Origin: Amoebidium appalachense
Taxonomy: Eukaryota; Protista; Ichthyosporea
Reading direction: 5' to 3'
Assembly (NCBI GenBank): GCA_963693365.1
Contig: CAVNZM010000013.1
Span: 1,079,817 to 1,143,816, forward strand
Length of the DNA stretch: 64,000 nucleotides
The notes below the pieces were generated by a model. That model was not told where the DNA came from. It saw only the letters and a program-made list of their open reading frames with translations, and did no database searches. The stretch's first letter is position 1. Each line of letters begins with the position of its first letter. Shown here piece by piece: positions 29,345 to 58,695 of the stretch. A program made the translations under genes and the position numbers.

Positions 29345-32300
29345 TGCAAATACACGTAGACACACGGGGGGAGGGGGAGGGAGGGGAGGAGACCGAGGAG
29401 GAGTGTGAACGTAGTCGTAGGAATTTAATTTATTATCATAGGTGTCTCCGTAGGTATCAAGCTTATGGTGTAGATTAATTTATTATTTTTCTTCGTAATT
29501 TATTTAATTTAATTTTTTTTAGGAGACTGATTAGTCTATGTCTTTTTAGGGGGTGTTAGATGTAATGTGACTGAGGTGGGACTCAGCTTTTCCGGGGGCC
29601 GGGGGGGGAGTTGACATATACTAATCCGTCTCAGCAGATTAGCCTAAGTCTACGATCGAGATCGGGGGGGGGGGGGGGGGGGGGGGGGTGGCCCGGGTCC
29701 ACAGATCATCAAGATCAAGTCCGGGGCCTCAAGATAGCTGTACAGCTGCGTGCATCTTGCCTCTGCCGGCGCAGGGCATTGGACCACGTCAGCCGGGACA
29801 GCCGTCCAATAGAATTCTAATTAGTGTGTAGGATAGATCGTAGGAGGACTTAGGAATGTCATTGTTCGGGCAGAAGCCCTTTTGTAAGGATTGGCAAGGT
29901 TTGATAGTATATGTTGCCAAACGTATTTATATATTTAGATGTAGAGGAAAGGGGGGGAGGGAGGGGGGGGGAGGATAGTATGAAATGTAGATTTAGACTC
30001 TGCGGTGCCACTAGGGGGAGGGTGAGGGGTGAGACTTGGATAAATATATTAGTTGAGTAGATCGACTTAGCTCGTGCAGGCGCACGATAAAAGTAGATCG
30101 GAATGTTAATGGAATGTGGCATCGTAGGGGGCCAGGTGATGATGATCTTGTAGGGCACGGCCTTGATGGCCTCAGTCGTAACTTAGACTCAATCCGTACG
30201 GATCTAAGTTTGCCCGTCGGAGCCTGGTCTTAATAAACTTTACCGTTTTTCTGTACACGTTCGTTCCTTTTCGTGTGTGTACACTTAGTAGAGTGCCGCG
30301 TCTCTAGTACACATACATTAGGATACGACATCTATGTACACGGAACCAATTGTAAAGCTAACATACACATATAGTGGAGTGAGCGTAAGTCTGCACTCCA
30401 ACACCCCTACCCAATTGGAGAAGTGTACACACCACTAGAGAAGAGAGAGTGAGTGTGGCTGCTTGCAGGGTAGACCGGGGTGTGCATTCCACTGTGGTGC
30501 GTGCCCCGCCAATGAAGTGGAATACTTGACGTTGATGTCGCAGGCTGCTGCGGATGGAGTTTGTGGAAGCGAAAGTCTCTACTTCACGGAAATACGCTCG
30601 CGGGTGTAGGGTACAGCCTAGAAGTCGGTTTCTGGGCTCCTCCGTTCAAGGCGTCGTAGGGGACGTGAAGTTAGAGGCCGCGGTGTCGTGTCTGGGCCCA
30701 TAACCCTGTTGGAAGTAGAGTCCGCTGTGACTAGGGTCGTCGTGGCGCGCTTGGGCGCTGACCCGTTTTTTACTGCTTTCAGTGTGTTAACTCCATGACT
30801 GAACTCCATGACTGAACTCCATGACTGAACTCCATGACTGAACTCCATGTCTGCACTCCATGTCTGCACCTGGCAGAGACGTGGCTTATATACCCGTGGG
30901 GCAGCAGTCTGGAATGTAATCCGGATGCCAGGCGCTAATCGGATTGGTTACTTTCATTTAGATATCTCTGGGACCAGTGAACCAATCGTTTGCAGTCAAA
31001 ACACAATTGGCAACATTCCTCAACTATGCAGATGTGCATGTGGTGATCGAGTGTCAGCATGTGTCTATGTACACGGAACCAATTGTAAAGCTAACATACA
31101 CATATAGTGGAGTGAGCGTAAGTCTGCACTCCAACAGGGGGGGGGGGGGGGGGGGTCCATAGGTCATCAAGATCAAGTCCGGGGCCTCAAGATCAGCTGT
31201 ACAGCTGCGGGCATCTTGTCTCTGCAGGCACAGGGCAGGACCACGTCAGCTGGAGCACCCGACCAATAGGATTAGTAATAGTGTATAGGATAGATCTTAG
31301 GAGGACTTAGGAATGCAATAAGTTCGGGAAGATGCCCTGGTAAATATTGGCAAGTTCTGATACTGTAATCTGCCAAACGTATATATATATTTTGATGTAC
31401 AGGAAGAAGTAGAGGGGGGGAGGGGGCAGGGAGAGATACTATTAGTATGAAATATAGACTTAGACTCCGCGGTGCCACTAGGGGGAGGGAGAGGGGAGAG
31501 ACAAAGATATGTGTATCAGAGTGAGCCGATAGACTTAGATCGTGCGGGCGCACGATAGAGCTCATTAGATCGGAATGCATGGAATGTGGCATCGTGGGGG
31601 GGCTGGGTGATGGTGATCTTTGGGGGCACGACTCGGACCCAAGTTGATGGCCGCAGTTGTGACTTAGCTTGGTTCCGTTTGGATCTCAGGTTGCCTGTCG
31701 GAGCCTGGCCTAGAATAAATTTTGCCGTTTTTCGTACACGTTCGTTCCTTTCCGTGTATGTACACTTAGAAGAGTGCCGCGTCTCTTAATACATACACGT
31801 TAGGATACGACAAGCTACACCTTTTTCTTTTAGTGCGGTTTTTCGCGCTAGTTTACACGCGGTGGCAGTTCCTTCTGGGCTGTTGCTACACCTTAGAAAA
31901 ACAACAACAAAAAAAAAACACAAAACAAAAACACAAAACGATAGGGCACACACAACACCATGGCTAAATTTAACGTAGATATGTTCTACGCGTTAGCAGC
32001 GGAGGATAGCTCCCTCCACACACAGATCCCAAAGGTCCACACCATAGACGTGAGACATACAATAGCTTTTACTAATTTACACTCAAACACGACTCAGAAA
32101 TACCACGTTGGCTCCGGACACTAGTAGCTAACACACCCACACTAGTGATAGATGCCAAGAAGGCCCCTACCGTGGCGGCCTCTTGGCAATGTCCCATGAT
32201 CAAACAGTGCATAGACCACAAAACCATGGCCGACCTGTGCATCCTCATGGAGGAGCACCCTTCTGTCAGGGCCGAGCAGGCCCCACAGGTGACTTGAGCA

Positions 32301-35300
32301 GCAGTACGACGAGGAGCGCGACGAGATGGAGACCCGTACGCTCGGCCAGAAACGTCTGGCAGCACGGTTCATTCCCGAGGACGAGGACGAGACCAACACC
32401 GACGACGTCGACGGTGAGCTCGAGGCCTTCCCGGCCCGAGAACAAGCTCGAGAACACGGCCAGGCTCGTCAACTGTTACTTGACGGCCGACCGGCGCCGC
32501 ACGCTCCGAGCCCAGCTCCGTGAATGGAAGTATACCTTAAAAGTTTCCCACTTTAGACATGTCCCCTGTTGAAGCTCGTGCATTCTTTGAAAGGGAGTAT
32601 CGGGTCTTTGAAGACCTTTGTGAGTTGGCTGGTGACGTGAGTGCTAGGGAAAAGTTCGAGTTTGCACGTAAGGCTCTCTCCGTGAACACAGACACTGCAC
32701 GTATGTTTGGGGAGCATGATGATGTTGATGAGGTGGTGTTGCATTTTAAACGTCACTCGCTTGCTATGCATGAGGTGAAGTTTAATAAGAGAGATAGGAA
32801 GGAGGTGATGGAGGTGGATAAGAAGAAGAAGGAGAGTGGAAAGAAAGGGGAAAAGGAAGAAGAAAAAGAGGGTGAACAGCCAGCTGCACTCACTGCGTTG
32901 GTTAAACAGGTTGCCGAGCTCTCCCAGGCCGTCGGCCAGCTCTCTGGCCGAGGGGGCTTCGGCTTCCGAGGTGGCCGTGGCGGCGGCCGGGGTGGACATG
33001 GCGGTCGTGGACGTGGATGACAGCAGCAGCAGTTCGACGAGAGGTTTACCCCTTATCCTGCTTGTGGTGGTGGGCAGGGTAGAGGGAGGGGTGGAAATGG
33101 TGGTGAGCATGGTGGCCATTCGGAGGTGGGTTTGGAGGAGAGCATGGTGGTACTGGGTGGACATGGAGGCCGTGGTGGGTTTGGTGCTGGTGGTGATAGA
33201 GGCCGAGGGGGGCAGGGGGGAAGGGGGGGGCCGTGGTGCACACTGGCACGGTGAGCCCCCCCAGCACGACCGGGTCCCCGGTTATGCTTTGCGCCAAGGT
33301 CATGAAGTTCTCCCTGGCCCTTTCTTTGGTGCATGTTATTTTTGTGGCCGGCAAGGGCACTCTGCTGCATATTGCCGTAGCTACCAAGGCTATTGAGTTT
33401 CTGGGGAGGGGGAAGCTGGGGTCAAGGAGGGAGGGGGGGGGGGGGGGGGGGGAGGGGGAGATAGTATCGGTCCCCCCCAGGTTGCAGAGGACCTTCACCC
33501 TCTCCCACCCCTGGGCCAGGTTAAGCTTCCCTTTGCCCCCTCACCGCTCCGATACGTGTGGGAGCCGGGCATCGTCGTGGGTCCTCAAGACAGCGTCGAG
33601 GTGGTATGGCATGAATGTTTGTGGGGTGATCCTCCAAAAGGTATGAATGGTGTGAATGTTTTGTGGTTGGGGGAGGTTCCCCAGCCACAAGTGGATGGTC
33701 TCAGTGTTTCTTGTCCCAACCAGGTGTTTGTTCTAACCACCCCATTCAATGAGCATTGCCCAATTCTGAGGTATTATGGGGTAATATTTCAGGCTATTTG
33801 AAACTGGTACCAAGTCTATATGTAGTTATATTTCTTGTATATTATTTTTTTTTTTTTTCTCAGGCTGCCCCATTGTGAGTGAAAACCCCTAAATCCCCGA
33901 TCCTAACATGATTTCCGGCCCGGACACGTGCCGTTTGGCACTGATAAGGCTCGATCACTATTTCAGCTACCGTTCTAGCACCAGACTGATAACCGTTGAG
34001 CCCATCGTGGGTTTTAATTTTTACGCCGGACTGCAAGTCTCTAAACCATTCGTACGTTCAAACAAAGCATTCACATGTCTACGAAAATGGGGCTCCCAAC
34101 AAAACACTTTGAGCTAAATCCTTAACCACATAACATTGTCAAGCAATATGCATATCCTGGCAACCTATCTCACACAGCAACACACAAACACCTTCGACCG
34201 ACATACTACTATTATTAGCACTACCTAGGGCCGTGCTAGAAGCAGCTAAAACTTTGAATCTCCCCCCCGGCCTGATTAAAACGACGAATAAATGAAGCAT
34301 GCACACAATTAACCTGAGGCCCTCCATCGAGCAAAGCAACAGCCTTCAACTTACCATCGGCTAGCCATGCCATAATGCCGGCTAAACCCAACTACTAGTA
34401 AATCCTCCTCCAATTCGAGCAACACATCATCACTCACACCCAGACCCTGCCCAAGAAGACTCACACCTTGAAGTTCGACACCTACTTGCAGCATACCTAC
34501 CTGTGGTGCCTGCACGGGTGGGGTGGGGTCACAGTGTGTGTGTGACATGGGTGGTGGTGGAATCTGTGTGGGTGGTGTGTGTGTGGGTGATGTGTGTGTG
34601 GGTGCGTGTGTGGGTGTAGGTGTGTCTGCAACCGCCGTGTGTTGTGGTGGTGGTGTGTTTCTACGTGTCTGTGCCTTCCCCCCCTTCCCCCCTTACTCGT
34701 GTGTGTCCCCCCCCCTTCCAGAAACAATGGCACAGAAACCCCCTCCGCCGAATTTCCTTACAAATAAAAAGTGTCGACTGTAATTACCAAATGCCGACCT
34801 TCCTACCAAATTTCTTAGACTTCACTTTTACTTCGATCTCTTAGAAGGGATTTTACCGAAAAATTTGACCTAAAGTTTTCTATTTAATGTTTTTTCATGT
34901 TTTTTTGTGGTAGCTCGAGCAGACGGATCAAACTGTTTTGCTGGTATCTCAGTGTATGTGTACAGGGGGTATAACAACACACTAACTGACGTGAAAACTT
35001 GGTGCATTTTGGTTGAACGGTTCCCAAGTTATTACAATTTTAACTTTTTGAAACGTGCATACCATTTTTTTGAAACGTGCATAACGTTATGCTCAAACCT
35101 GCATAACATATACAATTTTACTTAGTAAATGTAAATTTGCCTCAAAAAATTCGTTAAAGTGCCTTTTAACTGTCACGTCAACTTTTTTTCCCGATTCTTC
35201 ACCATGGCAGGTATATAAAGGCTTTCGTTTTTTCTTTTTGTGGTGGGAAGGGGTCCCACTCAGGGGAACGTGACACTGTGTGTGTGTAGTGCGGCCTTGT

Positions 35301-37475
35301 CTATTCCTACTGTTGTGAGAGTGTGGGGACATCTCCCTTCCGCGGAGTTTCTCGCTTGAGGAGTGGTTTCTTCGACATCTGGTGGCCCACTGCAACTTAC
35401 GGTGACTTCTACACGCTATCTACGCTTCTATTGGCGGTGGGCTGCTGCAACTTCTTCAACTGCTTCTGCGCTGCGTGAGTGGAGGGGTAGCTACTGGGTC
35501 GTCGAGGAGCTTTCCTTGTGGCTGCCGTGTTTTCAGCCTTCAGCAGTATGGCAATGACTGGGTGAAACGCTTGCATGCATTCTGTAGTTGTGTTTTCCTG
35601 TGTGTCCTGCCACAACTAGGCCACCTTATCAAAGAGTTAGAGACAGCTTCTGCGGGTTTTCTAGGGGACGGGCCCGTGGGGATTGTTTTCTCGCTCGGAT
35701 TTGGTCTGCATTGCTCTTTACTTAAGGGCTGACTTGCTTGCTGTGCCCCAGTAGGTTTTGAGGGGGGCCTGTTGGGGGGCAGCAGTAATGATGTCTTCTT
35801 GCGGAGTGTGGCCTGGTCATCATTGCTGCATATGACTAGTTGGACAAACTAGTTTCACGCATACACGTGCACTTGTACCTTTGCCCGCTGGTGTCCTTTG
35901 GTCACTTATTGTTTTATTTTTTATTTCATCGCTGTGGCTCTTTCGAAGTCGGTTATTTTCAAATTGGTGGTCATGTAGCCTGTGGCTGCACGCTGCCTTC
36001 ATATCCACTGGACCACTGATCAATAAATCCCAGTCAAGAGAAAAAAAAATTTTTTTGGGTGACATTTGAATTTGTTAAGGTAGCTGGAATCATGGAATTG
36101 CGGTCTCCGGGCAGAACTCATATGAAAAACAGGGTTACATCGAGAGTCAATAGTAGCCTGATTTAATCAGCCATAATTTTTGGATAATAATTATGTAAAT
36201 AGTGTTTTATAAACACGATTGGTACAGAAAAATTATAACTCAATTGGTTCGGCGTCAGCGACCAAAAAACCAACTCACCAAAATCCGGTACGTTTTTACA
36301 TAGTACATTTAATAATGGAGATTGCGTATTATAAAACTTTTACTCAGTTGAGTTATAAAAATTCTGTACCGAAAGTTTTATGTTCATACTATATACTTCT
36401 CATTCCCATGGTCATACATGCTCTAGCGTATTATCAGGCTACCTTTTAGTCTTTTATATTCTTGCTTATAGGTCACGCGCGGGTGATACAAAAGATTTGT
36501 GTTGCATTTTTGCCCTCCTCTACGGCCACGGCCCACGACCCCGGCGGCCCGTGCGTACGCGTGAGCCTCAGGTGAGCCACAGTTGGGAAATTCTAAATCC
36601 TGGCGGGAAAAACAGGTATCCGAGAAAATATAACTATATAAAAAAAAGACCAAAGGAGCGTATAAACAAGTCAAAACAAAAATTCGTGTTTGGGACCAAA
36701 AGAACACGCCTCTGTCTATTAAGTACTCTCCAGGCAGCTTTTACAATACCCCCACTTTTACTATGTAGGATACATAGAAGGCTTAAGGTTAAGTGAGGGT
36801 GTTTCGCACTGGCCGTTCCGGCGGCCTCGGGTCGTATGGTGCCACCTTTTCTCCTGTATGTAGCTACATGCGCCTGCACCGTCCATTGTACACGGTCATT
36901 ATTTTCGCGTTGTGAATTCATGAACGTGGGAGCAGAGTTCGCTTATGAACAGTTTTGACACATTCGAGGTTGTTTTTGAATTGATCAATACGCCGTGCCA
37001 ATCACATGTCCATGTGCATGATGTGTCACGGGTGCTTGAGGGTAACAGAGCATGTGTTCATGGAGATCTTCTAGGTTTGAACAGTAGGTACTACACAAAA
37101 TATCCTAGATCTTGTGTACAACTTACACCAACAGCTGACTCCTTGCGCTGAACTGAACGAAATGCCATAGCCATGCACTCTCACTGACTGCGGAACAAAC
37201 ACGGTGTTTCAGTAATATGTTCAGGTCAATGATATAACATGTCAATTTTGAACTTTGCCAGTTACAAGAACATCCACAAAGGCTTACCCATGTCATGTTA
37301 ATCTCTCTGTCCTTCTTTGCTTCCTAAACTCTCCCACACGGCGTGAACTACACACTTCTGGTCATCTCACCATTTCACTAGTATTATCATCAGCACACTG
37401 TTTAGATCATCTCAATCAGTTTCCGAAATAAACAAAGAACTCGGAATAACGCCCCAGGCCAAAACACCAAGAAAA

Positions 37476-45111
<7,636 letters not shown>

Positions 45112-45273
45112 ATCACAATTTATGTTTTCGGTGCTTTCTTTTCTTTCTTTCTTTCTTTCTTTCTTTCCTTTTTTTTTTTGCTTACAAATTGTGAAACCAA
45201 CTAATATAAGGTAAAACGATTACAAGTGGGCGTTCATGATTCTGTAAAATGCAATATACGGCTTTTTGGCGGA

Positions 45274-45305
<32 letters not shown>

Positions 45306-46198
45306 CTTTTTCTTGCTACCGTGGAATAGCTGTGAATGGTTTGGTTCCGGTTGTAAACTGTGTTTTTATAAATTATGTTTAAAGTTTCCCCCGCTTTATT
45401 AGCCACCGTGCGTTGCATAACGGAAAGTGTTTTGCTACTATGTGCATTTTTTGATCTGGCTAATAATTAAAGCTGTGGTCGACACTACTAAGACTCTGCA
45501 GTGATAATCGAACTTACGATTTTCATCACTTTCAATAATACTGTATTAAGATGAAAACAGAGTCTCAGATACTAAGTTTTTTAAACCACCGAGTTTAATA
45601 TACTACGCACTTGGATACTAAATCTACTACTTAAAACTGATTGCAGTAATCTCTTAGTACTAATGCTAGTACTGAAACTACTAAGTGTAATAGGCTTGAT
45701 CACTAAAAACAACTTCTACAACTGCAGCTAAGCAAATTAGACTTTAATACGACTCCCGGCATTGAGTTGCTTTTAGAATAGATTGCTTCTTGCTGGCTTT
45801 TCGAATTCTGGTCTTGGGATCGCGTGTATTGTTTTTTGTGCATTATCACTAATATAAACAGCGGGTAACATTCCCCAATATATACGTTCTTGTTATCTTT
45901 CCGTCAGCAAGAAGCAATTTAAACCATAATCTAATTATAAATGAAGTAGAACTAATCTTTAAGGCGATACTATAAGAAGAGGGCGTGTTTGTGTATTCGT
46001 GTGAGTGATGGTGGTACCAGTGGGGTGACGGTGTGACCGGTGGTGGTTGTGGCCGGTGCCACGTTGGTAGCTGGGAGTGTGTGTTTGGTTGTGGTTGTGC
46101 CAATTTTTTTAGAGTGTTTATTTTATTCTTTTGTATTGCAGGGAGGGAGGGGGGTGGGGGTGGGGGGGGGAGAAGGGGAGGGGAGGGGGTGGGGGGGG

Positions 46199-46456
46199 TA
46201 TTTGTATCCAATAGAAGCCGGTTTGTTGCTCGGAGGGGGGAGGGAGGGGGGGGGGGGGGGGGGGGGTATTTGTATCCAGTAAAAGCCGGTTTATTGCTGG
46301 GGGGGGGGGGGGGGGGGGGGGGGGTATTTGTATCCAATAAAAGCCGGTTTATTGCTGGGGAGGGGGGAGGGGCGGGGGGGTATTTGTATCCAATAAAAGC
46401 CGGTTTATTGCTGGGGGGGGGGGGTATTCGTATCCAATAAAAGCCGGTTTGTTGCC
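46199..46456. repeat. Five 32-bp units TATTTGTATCCAATAAAAGCCGGTTTATTGCT separated by G-rich tracts
   Basis: Units start at 46199, 46267, 46325, 46381 and 46425. Confidence 0.93.
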
Positions 46457-46641
46457 AGGCTGGGCCACCTGTCACAGTGGCCATTTGGTTTTTCGTACAC
46501 AGTCTGCCCATAAGGGATCTCCAGGTATATTCCAGCGACGTGCATACAGCCAATCATAACGGGGGAATGCTCGCATCTGCCAGAGGCAGCGAAAAAAGTA
46601 CGCGCCGTCGGCGAGGATTCCAGCCACCACAGCACAAGCTA

Positions 46642-47064
46642 CACGATTTTATTGCCCTTAGGCCAGCTACTAACACAGGATGCTTATCATTTCTTATTTT
46701 TTCCATGGCACGAATTAAGTTGATTTTATGATGATGAGTTGAAACATCAACAATGACACAACGGTGTTTGAAGGTTAAAAAAAGGGTCAATAACATGTTC
46801 GACTCGTCAAACATTCCTACTCACGATTTTATTGCCCTTGGGCCAGCTACTAACACAGGATGCTAATCATTTCTTATTTTTTCCATGGCACGAATTAAGT
46901 TGATTTTATGATGATATGTTAAAACAACAACAATAACACAAAGGTGTTTGCAACGAATTAAGTTGATTTTATGATGATATGTTAAAACAACAACAATAAC
47001 ACAACGGTGTTTGAAGGTTAAAAAAATGTCAATAACATGTTCGACTCGTCAAACATTCCGACTC
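46642..47064. repeat. 180-bp tandem duplication; second copy carries an internal ~60-bp duplication
   Basis: CACGATTTTATTGCCCTT... at 46642 and 46822. ACGAATTAAGTTGATTTTATGATGAT occurs three times. Confidence 0.9.
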
Positions 47065-47762
47065 GCGAGTGATTAAAACGAAGCCTATCGCAATGTCCTA
47101 AGCTAAAATTTCACCCCACCACCCCTAACAAACTTGCTATATAGGGAATAACAGTAGGCCCGGCTTCCGTGGTAGAGTTTCTCGTTCCCCTTACCCTCTC
47201 TCTCGCTTCCCCCCGATGACAACAACAACAAAACAGCCACCACAACAACAGTGAGGGCAGGTGGGACAGGGGGGAGTGAGGGGAAAAGGAAAAAAATAGA
47301 AGAAAGGTCGGCAAAAATATTAAGAAAATACGGCAAGTGGGAGAGGCCCCCCCAAAAGTCTGAGTCTAAAAATAATTAGAAATTTGAAAATAAATTTAAA
47401 AACAAAAACTCGACAACTGAGCAACCGTTCACCAGCCGACATGCCTGTAGTCTAAGGTCGATTTGGAAGCCCTGGTCACTTGTAACAGTTTAAGAAGTCC
47501 TCTATAAACCCGTTAAGGCGTCCATAGCGCCGCAGTGATTTAGATTTGACCGACATGGCTACTAACAATTATAGCAACTACCACTGAGCCCCAACCGCGC
47601 CAATTATGGCCCTGATATGGCCCAATTACCGGAACATTCATTCCGCTCGTGGAAGGCTTGGCCGAATGCACACCATCGCTGATGGTCCCATCTGTACTGG
47701 TTCCACTCATGCTGCGTTGGTAGGCTCCTGTGTGTGTGGGGGGGGGCGGGCGGGCGAGCGGG

Positions 47763-47795
<33 letters not shown>

Positions 47796-48059
47796 GGGGG
47801 GGGGGGGGGTAATCGTGGTTTATAGGGGGTTTCTTTTAGACCGATCAATTGTCCCCATTCCAGCACATCCGGGTCAAGCCATTTATTCATGACATATAAA
47901 TCAGGGGGGTTTACGCTGTTTACTCGAGGCAAAGAGAGACCACTCTCTTTACGAGACACCATAAAGACTAAGAAAAATCAATTAGTTTGGGTTCCCCGTT
48001 TTTTTTTTTTTTTTTTTTTTTTTTTTTCGGGCTCTCCTGGGACACTCGGTATCAGCTGG

Positions 48060-48120
<61 letters not shown>

Positions 48121-49101
48121 AGAATTTTGTAATGATGTGTTTCTCAAGCCAATCAATACATCTAATAAACAGGTCGTAGTTTCGCGTGTTTAGTATAAAA
48201 TCAAGGATGTTGTAATTTTTAGGTAGGCTATCTTTCTGGGTGTCTGTTGTGAATGTGACGTGTGTGTGTTGCGGCATTATGTGGTCTATCAAACTACATT
48301 TGGCGATACATGACCGTTTAAACTGGTGTGTGTGTGTGTTGTTTGGGCATGCAAACGATGCCACCTTATACTTATTAGATCTCCACTGTATAGCACGTGT
48401 ACAGTAAAAGCGTGGTATGTGATCAATAATACCATCAGCTAGAGAAAGACCAATTCTACAGGAAGGTAATAAGTATTTAGGTGTTACACATTTGCGAGTG
48501 CCATATTTGGCAATATGGTTAAGGCGAAATGATTATATATAAAACGAGACATAAGGCTTAGTTTTTCAAGGTGTATGCTTTCATCGGGTCTGGTGTCGTG
48601 TGGTATCTTTTTCCATTTGTTATATTGCGTAATTATCTTGTGATTGTGTACATGTCTGATAAGTAAGTGGCAGTCCAAAGTCATACGCACACTTTTGCGG
48701 GGTTTATTTGTATTTGTGGCCGGGGGAAAAGGAGAGAGAGAGGGAAGGAAAGAGGGGAGAGGTGAGGAGGGGACAGGTCGGATAGAGAAGAGAGGGTGGG
48801 AGGGCAAGTACTTCTTTAAGCGGCTTATGTGCTTATTGAATTTCAGCACATAAATCACGATATAAGCTGCAATTTTCTTCCTAACGCTTTATTATTATTA
48901 TTCCCTTCTTTATTTCTTTTTTTTCTCTTTTCTTTTTCTTTTTTGTGGTATTATGGCGCATCTGAACCTTGTTGCGGGCAAAACTATGGTGCGCAGCTGA
49001 TGCGTAGCACGTCAATCATATAGCTAGAATTCCCTCTGACCCGGCCCGGCCCGAAAACCTAAAGAAACCCCCTTTAATAGTGCACAATCCCACGCCAAGC
49101 A

Positions 49102-58695
<9,594 letters not shown>

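Larger units (their letters stand above)
21972..30330 (+). mobile_element. Full-length Ty3/gypsy chromovirus-type LTR retrotransposon (copy A); LTRs 21972-22684 and 29612-30330; TSD TCTAT
   Basis: TG...CA LTRs that differ, by eye, only in G-run lengths. TSD at 21967-21971 and 30331-30335. [13 protein letters not shown] before the 3' LTR. Domain order gag-PR-RT-RH-IN-chromo. Confidence 0.97.
21610..31136 (-). mobile_element. TRIM / non-autonomous copia-type LTR element: 5' LTR 31136-30707, PBS 30706-30692, internal 30706-30404, 3' LTR 30403-30336 + 21971-21610
   Basis: Two near-identical 430-bp LTRs with TGTTGGA...TCCAACA ends. PBS GGGTTATGGGCCCAG is complementary to the tRNA-iMet anticodon arm. 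PPT GGGTAGGGG lies next to the 3' LTR, TATATAAG is on the minus strand, and both flanks are G-runs. Confidence 0.9.
21540..34747 (+). mobile_element. Old, truncated Ty3/gypsy element (copy B): split 5' LTR (21540-21609 + 31137-31812), degenerate gag (31960-33396), protease region partly inverted
   Basis: Alignable by eye to the LTR, leader, gag and protease of the young copy, with many substitutions, indels and a premature stop. No RT, integrase or 3' LTR. Confidence 0.88.

Noticed and set aside
30692-30706. tRNA-iMet gene
   Set aside because: Only the 15-nt anticodon arm matches and it abuts an LTR, so it is a primer-binding site.
35200-35830. Coding-like minus-strand stretch after the TE nest
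   Set aside because: Frames are short and interrupted, with no recognisable motif.
46199-46456. CRISPR-like appearance of the repeat-spacer array
   Set aside because: Spacers are G-tracts rather than unique sequences, there are no cas genes, and the context is eukaryotic.
47460-48060. Possible minus-strand exons (e.g. ...GFIEDFLNCYK*)
   Set aside because: Several frames are equally plausible and no family could be recognised.
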